A DNA stretch of 33,425 nt from an uncultured Coriobacteriaceae bacterium (GTDB lineage Bacteria > Actinomycetota > Coriobacteriia > Coriobacteriales > Eggerthellaceae). Below the pieces are notes generated by a model. It saw only the letters and a list, made by a program, of their open reading frames with translations, made no database searches and was not told where the DNA came from. Shown here piece after piece: positions 8,696 through 16,713 of this stretch (positions within the stretch are counted from its first letter, which is position 1; every line of letters starts with the position of its first letter). Both the position numbers and the translations under genes were made by a program. Location of the stretch: NCBI GenBank assembly GCA_946623915.1, contig CAMORQ010000001.1:1-33425 (forward strand). The letters run 5' to 3'.

Positions 8696-10624
8696 ATGAC
8701 CGACCAAGTGCAACCGAACCTTGTTTTAGGCACTGCCGGGCATATTGATCACGGCAAGTCGTCCCTTATCATGGCGCTTACTGGGACAAACCCCGACCGC
8801 CTAGTCGAAGAGCGCAAGCGCGGCATCACCATTGAGCTGGGTTTCGCGCGCCTCGACCTGGGCGACGGCCGCTCTATGGGCGTGGTCGATGTTCCAGGCC
8901 ACGAGAAATTTGTGCGCCAGATGATTGCCGGTGCTACCGGCATCGATGTGGCGCTGCTTGTCATAGCGGCCGATGACGGCATCATGCCCCAAACGCTCGA
9001 GCACATCGCCGTGCTGCAAACCCTCGGTGTGCCCACCTGCGTGGTCGCGTTGACCAAAATCGATTTGGTCGATGCAGACTGGGTGGGTTTGGCGAAAGAC
9101 GAAATCCACGCGTTTTTGGCCACTACGCCGTATGCCGACGCGCCCATCGTCCCTGTGTCGTCCCGCACGGGCGAAGGTGTGGAAGATGTCAGGGCGGCCC
9201 TCGCCGAAGCCAGCAAGCACGCAACCGCACTGCACCGGTCGACTGCGCTGCGTCAGCCGGTCGATCGTGTGTTTACCATCAAGGGCGCTGGAACGGTTAT
9301 CACCGGAACGCTGTGGAGCGGCACGGCACACGTGGGCGATAGCGTGGAAGTGCTTCCGAGCGGCAAGCTAAGTCGCATTCGTTCCATACAGATGCATGAT
9401 CAGCCAGTTGAAGAGGCGCCGGCGGGAAACCGTGTCGCCTTGAACCTGAGCGATGTGAAAACCGACGAAATAGCTCCTGGCGATTTCCTTGCAACACCGG
9501 GCCTTATTCAGCCCACGCAGGCTTTCGATGCCCAATTCACCTATCTCGACACGGCAAAATCGGGCAAACCGCTTGAGAGCGGCGTGCGTATGCACATAGC
9601 CCACGGCACTAAAGAGGTGCTTGGCCGCGTGCTGTTCGCCGATGGGCTCGAATCCCTCGCGCCTGGACAGACGTCGTTGGCGCAGATTCGTCTGGAAGAG
9701 CCGCTTCCCGTCTCGATGGGCGACCGTTTCATTGTGCGGACGTACTCGCCAGTGTTCGTGGCAGGTGGAGGGCAGGTGCTTATGACACACCCGCGCATGC
9801 GCACGACGCTCTACGGCGATGCCGAGGTGCTCGAAGCCCTTGCTGCAGGTGATTTGCAAAAAGCATGCGAGTTGGCGCTTGAGGCGCAAGGTGCTCCTGT
9901 CACTGCTGATCAGCTCGCGCATTTGTTTGGCACCGACCCGGCGCTTGTGGGCGAGTGCTTGCAGGCTGCGGTGACCAACGGCAGCGCACTGATGCTCGGG
10001 GGATCGAGCAGCTATTTCACGACCGAGTCGGGACGCCAGCACGCCCTTGCCGTGCTCGAGACGGCCCTGAAGGACTTCCATGCTGCCGAACCGTCCAAGA
10101 TGGGTCTTCCAAAAGAAGAACTGCGACAGCAAGTGTTCCCGCGGATGGACGCAGCATGCCTGGATCTGCTGCTTGGCGAAGCACAGGCAGCCAACATCGT
10201 TGCCGAGAGCGCCGGGCTAGTGGGCCATGCGTCGTCGCAAGGTGCTGCACAGCAGGCCGAAATCGATGCTGCCGAAGTAGTGCTGAAAGCGCTTTCCGCA
10301 GCGGGCCTCGTGCCGCCAGACGTGAAGGAGCTAGCCGCAGAAGTGGGGTTGGACCAATCCCTCGTGCGCCGTGCTCTTGCGCGCCTGCGCGACGAAGGCC
10401 GCGTGTGGCGACTGAACACCGAAACCTTCTATGATGCCGAGCAAATCGACGCATGCCGTGAACGCATCCGCGCGCATCTATCCGCAGGCGGTGACGGCAC
10501 CATGGCAGGCCTGAAAGAGGTAATGCAGCCAGGCATCAGCCGCAAATACGCCATGCCCCTGCTAGAAGCCTTCGATGCCGAGGGCCTCACCGTCCGCGAA
10601 GGCGACGCCCGCGTCCTAAAGTAG
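8696..10624 (+). CDS. selB: selenocysteine-specific translation elongation factor
   Basis: GTPase G1-G4 motifs (GTAGHIDHGKSSL, DVPGHEKF, LTKIDL) followed by a long winged-helix C-terminal extension. ATG 8696 with GAAAGGA upstream gives the canonical short N-terminus. The track start 8615 adds an implausible extension. Confidence 0.92.
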   Translation: MTDQVQPNLVLGTAGHIDHGKSSLIMALTGTNPDRLVEERKRGITIELGFARLDLGDGRSMGVVDVPGHEKFVRQMIAGATGIDVALLVIAADDGIMPQTLEHIAVLQTLGVPTCVVALTKIDLVDADWVGLAKDEIHAFLATTPYADAPIVPVSSRTGEGVEDVRAALAEASKHATALHRSTALRQPVDRVFTIKGAGTVITGTLWSGTAHVGDSVEVLPSGKLSRIRSIQMHDQPVEEAPAGNRVALNLSDVKTDEIAPGDFLATPGLIQPTQAFDAQFTYLDTAKSGKPLESGVRMHIAHGTKEVLGRVLFADGLESLAPGQTSLAQIRLEEPLPVSMGDRFIVRTYSPVFVAGGGQVLMTHPRMRTTLYGDAEVLEALAAGDLQKACELALEAQGAPVTADQLAHLFGTDPALVGECLQAAVTNGSALMLGGSSSYFTTESGRQHALAVLETALKDFHAAEPSKMGLPKEELRQQVFPRMDAACLDLLLGEAQAANIVAESAGLVGHASSQGAAQQAEIDAAEVVLKALSAAGLVPPDVKELAAEVGLDQSLVRRALARLRDEGRVWRLNTETFYDAEQIDACRERIRAHLSAGGDGTMAGLKEVMQPGISRKYAMPLLEAFDAEGLTVREGDARVLK

Positions 10625-10640
10625 CAGCCCCATACCCAGA

Positions 10641-10844
10641 AGCGACAGCGAGCGCGAGCAATACCCGCAGGTCCCGCCAGGCCCCCGCGTGCCGCCCGGG
10701 ATGCGCGAGGCGGGCAGCGCAGCGGCCCCGCCCTCCCGCAGGTCCCGCCAGGCGCGCGCCCGGACCAGCGGCAGCGAGCGCGAAGCGCGAGCGACCCGCG
10801 TCCCGCAGGTTCCGCCAGGCTCCCGCGTGCAGGTTCCGCCAGGC
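10641..10844. repeat. degenerate GC-rich direct repeats, core CCCGCAGGTYCCGCCAGGC
   Basis: Core copies lie at 10664..10682, 10735..10753 and 10802..10820, with a partial copy at 10829..10844. A larger imperfect unit (AGCGRCAGCGAGCGCGA...CCCGCGTGC) occurs at 10641..10692 and again at 10767..10830. The repeats lie in the non-coding gap between the convergent selB and AraC genes. Confidence 0.6.
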
Positions 10845-10904
10845 GTTTTGTCTAGCCCGCAGAATGCGGGCGGTGGGCATGGTCGAAGAGTCAGCGAAAG
10901 CGGC

Positions 10905-10992
10905 GGAGACACCCATAATTGCCCCGCCCGCGCACCGAGCGTACTTCGCTACGCGCAAGAGTGCGCGACAAGGGGCAAGGATGGGTGTCTCC
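10905..10992. other. 88-nt rod-like imperfect hairpin (four nested helices)
   Basis: Pairings: GGAGACACCCA (10905..10915) with TGGGTGTCTCC (10982..10992); TTGCCCC (10919..10925) with GGGGCAA (10972..10978); GCGCAC (10930..10935) with GTGCGC (10961..10966); GCGTA (10939..10943) with TACGC (10950..10954). Confidence 0.55.
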
Positions 10993-11046
10993 GTCGCTTG
11001 CAGCGTCGGCCGAAGGCGCCGTTCGCTCCCGCGAACGGCGCAGCGG

Positions 11047-11967
11047 TTAGGCGGGGCCCAGAGCCGGCTCGTCTTCAGAGATTTGCGCGCGGTATTCGCT
11101 GGGTGTTACGCCGCGTTGCTGTTTGAAGATCTTGTTGAAGTAGCTGTGGTCGGAAAAGCCGACCTCGTGGCAGATGTCGCCAATGCTTTTGTCGGTGTCG
11201 GCAAGCATCTTCGCCGCTAGGTTGATGCGAAGCCCGTTCACGTAGCTGCGGAACGGCGTGTTGAATTGGTTCGAGAAGATGCGACTGACATAAGAAGGAT
11301 GAACGTAGACGTGCTTGGCAACCATGTCGAGCGACATTTCGTTGTCCGTGAAGTTGTTGACCACAAACTCCTGCACCGAGCACACGATGTCGTCATCGGT
11401 ATCGCCCTCGAAACGATTGCTTGCGATATCGGCGTCCATGCTCAGAGACTTGAATACCAGGTTTTCATCGGTGACCAGCGCGTTGATAACCTTCGCGATA
11501 GTCATGATCGACGAAATGTTGCCTTTAGGCAGATTGTCCAGGTACTCCTTCAGCTCGTCTAGCTTTTGAGCGTCGGCGCCTTGCGAAAGGAAGCCATGGC
11601 GCAAGAGCAGCTCGTCGGATTCTGCGGTCATGATGGGGCCAATTTGCAGTGCCGCAACGTATGTACCGTTCTCGTAAGCGGGGACGATAATGTTGGTGAG
11701 GCCGTGCGGGCAGTTGTAGACCGCGAACGTTTCCTTGTTTACGTCCTTAGAAATATCTTCGCAACGCGTAAAGAAATGGTCGATGCTGTTGGTTTTGCCG
11801 GTGATGTCTTCCATGCGCTTGCAGAAGCATTTCCCCAAATGGTTAGGAGGAAGCTCGAGAGAAATCTGGGATTCGGGTCCTACGAGAACGCAGTCGTATC
11901 CGAGGACATTGCTTACCAGGTACGCACATGCGTACAGGCTTTCAACCATTGACAAGGAAGAAGGCAT
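11047..11967 (-). CDS. AraC-family transcriptional regulator with N-terminal PocR-type sensor domain
   Basis: The C-terminus has the AraC double HTH (VAKHVYVHPSYVSRIFSNQF...GFSDHSYFNKIFKQQRGVTPSEYR). The N-terminal ~170 aa look PocR-like (NCPHGLTNIIVPAYENGTYVAALQIGPI). AAGGTGG lies 5 nt before the ATG. The gene is divergent from the BCCT/MttB cluster. Confidence 0.85.
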   Translation of the reverse strand: MPSSLSMVESLYACAYLVSNVLGYDCVLVGPESQISLELPPNHLGKCFCKRMEDITGKTNSIDHFFTRCEDISKDVNKETFAVYNCPHGLTNIIVPAYENGTYVAALQIGPIMTAESDELLLRHGFLSQGADAQKLDELKEYLDNLPKGNISSIMTIAKVINALVTDENLVFKSLSMDADIASNRFEGDTDDDIVCSVQEFVVNNFTDNEMSLDMVAKHVYVHPSYVSRIFSNQFNTPFRSYVNGLRINLAAKMLADTDKSIGDICHEVGFSDHSYFNKIFKQQRGVTPSEYRAQISEDEPALGPA

Positions 11968-12292
11968 GGCACACCACCTTAAACGATAAGGCGCAGTCGT
12001 GTCCTCAGACCAGCTGCGCGGATGGCGACTCGTCTCCCGGCTTATGCACCCAGGGAAAAGGTACAGTCACGGTTGCTGAGAAACAGCCGATGGTTCCCAC
12101 ATCGTTCCGTTAGCCACTACCCGACTCCATGTATCTTGCGTTCGAACATATCAAATCCTGGAATCTATATCAATAATCATGATTACTCGATTTGGCAAAC
12201 GGACAGAACTTCCAACGGTTTTGCCGCATCGCGTCGCGCAAGGTTCACAAGGTTCGTGTTTGGACAGAAGGGCGAACCTCGATGATGCGCTA

Positions 12293-12329
12293 TGTTATGC
12301 AACCCTTTTCAGCAAAGCGGTGCATAACA
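12293..12329. promoter_or_regulatory. 9-bp inverted repeat TGTTATGCA-N19-TGCATAACA just upstream of a candidate promoter
   Basis: Perfect arms at 12293..12301 and 12321..12329. Their position next to the -35-like hexamer at 12339 suggests an operator or activator site. Confidence 0.35.
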
Positions 12330-12338
12330 GACTAAATT

Positions 12339-12366
12339 TTGTAAGACGGCTGTTTTTTTCATAATA
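12339..12366 (+). promoter_or_regulatory. candidate sigma-70-type promoter TTGTAA-N16-ATAATA for the BCCT gene
   Basis: The hexamers can be read directly at 12339..12344 and 12361..12366. This would give a leader of about 185 nt before ATG 12556. Confidence 0.35.
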
Positions 12367-12555
12367 GTTCGGTAGGAATCTTTTGCACTTATCGCGAATA
12401 TGCATGCCGCGGCAAATTAATTCTCAAAAGAGCCAAGTGCACTAGCCCGTGAATTCCTATCTTACGCGACACCGTTTCGGTATCGTCTAAAGACGTCTCG
12501 CACGTGAATACATCTGTTGGGGTGCGAGTACGCTTCGTCAGAGAAGGGGGATGCA

Positions 12556-14136
12556 ATGGACGACAAAACCAATGGGCAAAGCCAATCAAAGTTTTGGAAC
12601 CCGGTGTTCATCATTTCTTTGGCCATTTCGCTGGTCATTGTGGTGTGGGCAGTAGGTTTCAACGAGAATTTCTCGGTGGTGTCCAACGAAATTCTGAACT
12701 TCCTTGAAGTGAACTTCGGTTGGCTCTACCTGCTTTCGGTGCTGGCATTCGTGTTCTTCAGCATTGCCATCGCCGCAAGCAAGTACGGCAAGATCAAGCT
12801 GGGACCCGACGACTCCGAACCGGAATACAGCACCATTTCCTGGTTTGCGATGCTGTTCGGCTGCGGCATGGGCATCGGCCTTATCTTCTGGGGCCTGTCC
12901 GAGCCGATTTGCCATTTCGCGGCGCCAATGGCCGGCATCGACCCCGGTACTGACGCTGCAGCGATGTTCGCCATGCGCTCGACGTTTATGGACTGGGGTT
13001 TCCACGCTTGGGCAATCTTCTGCGTTATGGGTCTGGGACTGGCCTACGTAAGCTTCCGCCTGGGTAAACCGCAGCTGGTGAGCGCCGTGCTCGAACCCCT
13101 GATCGGCGAAAAGAACGCTAAGGGCTGGCTGGGCAAATTGGTCGACATCCTAGCTATCTTCGCTACGGTGTGCGGTATCGTTACCTCGCTCGGTTTGGGC
13201 ACCATGCAGATCGGCGCCGGTCTCGAGCATATGACTAATGGCGCTATTCCTAACACGCTCGTAACTCTAGTTGCTATCGTGGTGATCATCTCGGTCGTGT
13301 ACATCGGCACGGCTGTTATCGGCATCGACAAGGGCATCCAGACGGTCGGCAACATCAACCTGGTGCTTGCTGTTGCGCTGGTGGTGCTCTGCTTCGTCCT
13401 GGGACCCTCTATTGACCAGCTGAACAACCTGGTCGGTGGCCTCGGTGCTTACTTCCAGAACTTCTTCCAGGATTCGCTGCTGCTTTCGGCCTACGGCGAC
13501 AATAGCTGGTCGCTTGGCTGGCGCGTGTTCTACTGGGCATGGTGGATCGCATGGGCTCCGTTCGTGGGCATGTTCATCGCCCGTATCTCCAAGGGCCGCA
13601 CCATCCGCGAGTTCGTCGCTGGCGTTATGCTGGTCCCCTCCATCGTGGCCATCGTTTGGTGCGCCGTTCTCGGTTCGATGGGCATCAGCCTGTGGAAGAA
13701 TGGCGTGTTCAGCTTCGAGCAGCTCGTGACGCTTTCCGGTACCCCCGAAGTGGCGCTGTTCGAAACATTTAGCCACTATCCGCTCGGCATCGTGATTTCT
13801 GTGATCGCCATCGTGTTGGTGTGCACCTTCTTCATCACGTCGGCAAACTCGGGCACCTTCGCACTTTCGATGCTGTCTTCTAACGGCGACCTGAATCCGT
13901 CCAAGACCAAGATGCTGTTCTGGGGCCTGGTTCAGTCCGCTCTGGCGATCGGCATGCTTATGGCCGGTGGTCTGAAGCCGCTGCAAACCATGTCAGTAGG
14001 CTCTGCCTTCCCGTTCATGTTCGTGCTTATCGCGGTGATGTTTGCCATACCCAAAGCGCTTGCCAGTGAGGATAAGGCGAAGGTGGGCAGTGCGGACAAC
14101 ATAGTCGAATTGCCCAGTCAGGTGCAAAACGAATAA
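12556..14136 (+). CDS. BCCT-family (betaine/carnitine/choline) transporter, paralog 2
   Basis: Same conserved blocks as 2359..3927. ATG 12556 is preceded by GAGAAGGGGGA. The track start TTG 12517 is less likely. Confidence 0.9.
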   Translation: MDDKTNGQSQSKFWNPVFIISLAISLVIVVWAVGFNENFSVVSNEILNFLEVNFGWLYLLSVLAFVFFSIAIAASKYGKIKLGPDDSEPEYSTISWFAMLFGCGMGIGLIFWGLSEPICHFAAPMAGIDPGTDAAAMFAMRSTFMDWGFHAWAIFCVMGLGLAYVSFRLGKPQLVSAVLEPLIGEKNAKGWLGKLVDILAIFATVCGIVTSLGLGTMQIGAGLEHMTNGAIPNTLVTLVAIVVIISVVYIGTAVIGIDKGIQTVGNINLVLAVALVVLCFVLGPSIDQLNNLVGGLGAYFQNFFQDSLLLSAYGDNSWSLGWRVFYWAWWIAWAPFVGMFIARISKGRTIREFVAGVMLVPSIVAIVWCAVLGSMGISLWKNGVFSFEQLVTLSGTPEVALFETFSHYPLGIVISVIAIVLVCTFFITSANSGTFALSMLSSNGDLNPSKTKMLFWGLVQSALAIGMLMAGGLKPLQTMSVGSAFPFMFVLIAVMFAIPKALASEDKAKVGSADNIVELPSQVQNE

Positions 14137-14147
14137 CTAGCCTTTAC

Positions 14148-14175
14148 GCGCGCGCCGGCTGCTACCGGCGCGCGC
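14148..14175 (+). other. perfect 11-bp GC hairpin GCGCGCGCCGG-ctgcta-CCGGCGCGCGC (no T tract)
   Basis: Lies 12 nt after the BCCT stop codon and can be read directly. Confidence 0.6.
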
Positions 14176-14224
14176 AGACGCCGCCTGCGTCGGGCATGGG
14201 CGCAGGATCGGTAGTGCAGAAAAG

Positions 14225-14271
14225 ACCGCAGAGCGAATGTGCACCCTTTTTCGCTCCGCGGTTTTTCTTTT
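14225..14271 (+). terminator. rho-independent terminator after BCCT gene 2
   Basis: ACCGCAGAGCGAA (14225..14237) pairs with TTCGCTCCGCGGT (14250..14262) with one mismatch, followed by TTTTTCTTTT. Confidence 0.75.
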
Positions 14272-14468
14272 GTGTGGACTCGCAGACTAGGCGCGCTGAT
14301 ACGGCTCGCGCAGCACTCGTCTTTCCCCACGCAACACTCAAGAGCAAGCATGCTGGTGAAAATAATGACCGTGATAATAATACAAAACACCAGTTCAAGT
14401 GCACATCAAAAAATTCATAGAGTTTTGTTGTCAGAGGTGCCCTTTTTAATTTTTCGCAATTTCGAATT

Positions 14469-14489
14469 CCTATTAATACTGGTAATAGG
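14469..14489. promoter_or_regulatory. inverted repeat CCTATTA-N7-TAATAGG in the AT-rich region upstream of the corrinoid-protein gene (candidate operator/promoter region)
   Basis: Perfect 7-bp arms, 57 nt upstream of ATG 14546. The region contains TAATAC/TAATAG -10-like hexamers. Confidence 0.3.
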
Positions 14490-14545
14490 CGCGTAATGTG
14501 CATGCCATGGAATATCCCGTCAATCGAGGAACAAGGAGGTTTTCC

Positions 14546-15184
14546 ATGGCAACGATCGAAGATTTGGCACAAGCAGTATTTGATGGAAGCACGAGTAAGG
14601 CAAAGAAGCTCAGCCAGGAGCTGATCGACGACGGTATGGCGCCACTCGACGTTATCAACCAGGGTCTGATTGCTGGCATGAGCGAAGTTGGCGCCCAGTT
14701 TAAGGCCGGCACGATGTTCGTGCCCGACATGATGGCAGCGGCCGAAGCGATGACCGCTGGCACCGAAGTCGTCAAGCCGCTTCTGGCCGCCGACGACATG
14801 CAGTCGCTGGGCACCGTGTTCATCTGCACGGTTAAGGGCGACCTGCACGACATCGGCAAGAACTTGGTCGTTATGATGCTCGAGTCCGCTGGCTTCAACG
14901 TGATCAACGCCGGCGTCGACGTGTCTCCCGAAGACATCGTTGCGGGCGTCAAAGAGCATCACCCCGACATCATTGGCATGTCCGCGCTGCTGACCACCAC
15001 GATGCTCCACATGAAGGACACCATCGAGCTCCTGAAGGAAGAAGGCCTGCGTGACCAGGTGAAGGTCATCATCGGTGGCGCTCCCGTTTCTCAGGACTTC
15101 GCGGATGAAATCTCCGCCGACGGCTATTCGCCCGACGCTGTTTCCGCAGCCGATCTGGCCAAGTCCCTCGTCGGTGCCGCATAA
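14546..15184 (+). CDS. cobalamin-binding corrinoid protein of a methyltransferase system (MttC/MtgC/MtqC-like)
   Basis: Carries the B12-binding signature DxHxxG (GDLHDIGKNLV), SALLTTT and IIGGAP, with an N-terminal helical cap domain. ATG 14546 is preceded by AAGGAGG. Confidence 0.9.
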   Translation: MATIEDLAQAVFDGSTSKAKKLSQELIDDGMAPLDVINQGLIAGMSEVGAQFKAGTMFVPDMMAAAEAMTAGTEVVKPLLAADDMQSLGTVFICTVKGDLHDIGKNLVVMMLESAGFNVINAGVDVSPEDIVAGVKEHHPDIIGMSALLTTTMLHMKDTIELLKEEGLRDQVKVIIGGAPVSQDFADEISADGYSPDAVSAADLAKSLVGAA

Positions 15185-15225
15185 GGCATTGGTATCAGTA
15201 CGTCCGATTTTAAGGAGGACCCAGA

Positions 15226-16689
15226 GTGTATAGGACGAGAAGTTTGTACACCACCGCTGGTTTCACCGTTAACCAGCACCTGTTTTGGGAAATGCTGACC
15301 GACGACCAGGCAGAAGCCATCGTCAGCCGTACGCTTGAATTGCTCGAGCGCACGGGCATCGACATCCTCAGCGAAGATGCCGCGAAGACGCTCAAGGAAG
15401 CTGGCTGCCACGTCGACGGCAACCGGGTTCGCATCCCCACCGCCAAGTCCGAGTGGGCTCTGCGCTGCGCTCCTTCCCGCGTGACCCTGTGCGATCGCAA
15501 TGGCAACCGCGCCATGCTGCTCGAAAACAACGAAGCCCACTGGGGTCCTGGCTACACCGCCAAGGAGTTCATGGAGCAAGAGCAGAACATGGACACCAAC
15601 AACAACAAGATTCGTCCGTTCACCATTGCCGACGTTGAAATGTACGGCAAGCTGTGCGACACGCTTCCCAACATCAGCTTCGCCATGCCTGGCGGCTTCC
15701 CCACCGACGTTGACGAAGCCAACGCTGAAGTTGAAGTTTTCAAGACGCTGGTCAAGGCCACGCGTAAGCCCATCGTGCAGAACGTGAAGAACGTCGACCA
15801 GGCCAAGAAGATTATCGAGATGGCTGCCGCCATCGCTGGCTCTCCCGAAAAGCTGGCCATCGACCCGTTCGTGGCCCTGCATGTCGTCGTGAACGAGCCG
15901 CTGCAGATTTCTGCCGAAGCTGCCGATGTGGTTGCTTTCGCTGCTGGTCACGGCCTGCCCATTATCGTTTCCAACGAACTGGTCTCCGGCTTCACCGCTC
16001 CGGCCGAAAGCGCTGGCGTGCTGATGGTGGCTCTGGCCAACTCGATCGCCACGCTGCTCATCGCTCAGCTCGCATGCGAAGGCGCCTCCTTCATCACGGG
16101 TGGCTTCTTCACCAACAACGACACCGTCAACGAGCTGCATCCGTACGGCTCCCCCGAGATCAGCCTCCTCGGTGGCGGCTATGCCAACGTGCTCCGCACG
16201 CTGCGCATCCCGTCGTTCGGCTTCGCTGGCGGCACCGACGCGAAGTGCTCCGACGCCCAGATGGGCCTGGAAGTGGCTCTGTCCACGCTGTGCTCCGGCA
16301 TTTCCGGCACCAACGTCATCCATGGCGCTGGCAACTTCGAGTCCGGCTGCGTATCCAACCCGACGGTTCTCGTGCTCGCCGACGAAATCGCTTGCGAGAC
16401 GAAGCGCATCATGCGCGGCGTCGAAATGGACGAAGACCGTCTGGCCCGCGGCGTTATCGAAGAAGTGAAGCCTGCTGGTAACTACCTTGCTACCAAGCAC
16501 ACCCGTTACTACTTCCGCAGCGAGCAGTTCTGGCCCACGCTGATGAACCGCAAGCGTATCGACGACTGGGCGGCCGAAGGCTCTCTGACCCTTGGTGAGC
16601 GCACGGTCAACAAGATGAACGACCTGCTGGTCAACTATGAGGAAACCCCTCTGCCTGAAGGCGTTGACCTTGACAAGATCGCTGGTTAG
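15226..16689 (+). CDS. MttB-family (trimethylamine methyltransferase superfamily) methyltransferase, non-pyrrolysine type. Probable quaternary-amine:corrinoid methyltransferase; substrate unknown.
   Basis: 487 aa with MttB-family length and N-terminal pattern (LELLERTGIDILSEDAAKTLKEAGCHVDG). There is no in-frame TAG. GTG 15226 follows AAGGAGGA. It lies directly after the corrinoid protein gene. Confidence 0.85.
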   Translation: MYRTRSLYTTAGFTVNQHLFWEMLTDDQAEAIVSRTLELLERTGIDILSEDAAKTLKEAGCHVDGNRVRIPTAKSEWALRCAPSRVTLCDRNGNRAMLLENNEAHWGPGYTAKEFMEQEQNMDTNNNKIRPFTIADVEMYGKLCDTLPNISFAMPGGFPTDVDEANAEVEVFKTLVKATRKPIVQNVKNVDQAKKIIEMAAAIAGSPEKLAIDPFVALHVVVNEPLQISAEAADVVAFAAGHGLPIIVSNELVSGFTAPAESAGVLMVALANSIATLLIAQLACEGASFITGGFFTNNDTVNELHPYGSPEISLLGGGYANVLRTLRIPSFGFAGGTDAKCSDAQMGLEVALSTLCSGISGTNVIHGAGNFESGCVSNPTVLVLADEIACETKRIMRGVEMDEDRLARGVIEEVKPAGNYLATKHTRYYFRSEQFWPTLMNRKRIDDWAAEGSLTLGERTVNKMNDLLVNYEETPLPEGVDLDKIAG

Positions 16690-16713
16690 AGCGAGTAAGG
16701 AGAGGAAGTCGAG

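Noticed and set aside
10905-10992. Possible selC (tRNA-Sec) directly after selB
   Set aside because: The 11-bp terminal pairing looked like an acceptor stem. However, the interior folds as one continuous rod, and there is no UCA anticodon loop and no TTCGA T-loop on either strand. The real tRNA-Sec is at 24512..24608.
10689-11220. ORFs 10689..11126 and 10864..11220 (+), and 10587..10958 (-), in the selB/AraC gap
   Set aside because: The translations are Arg/Pro/Ala-rich and generated by the GC-rich repeats. They overlap the AraC gene end and have no RBS or domain signal.
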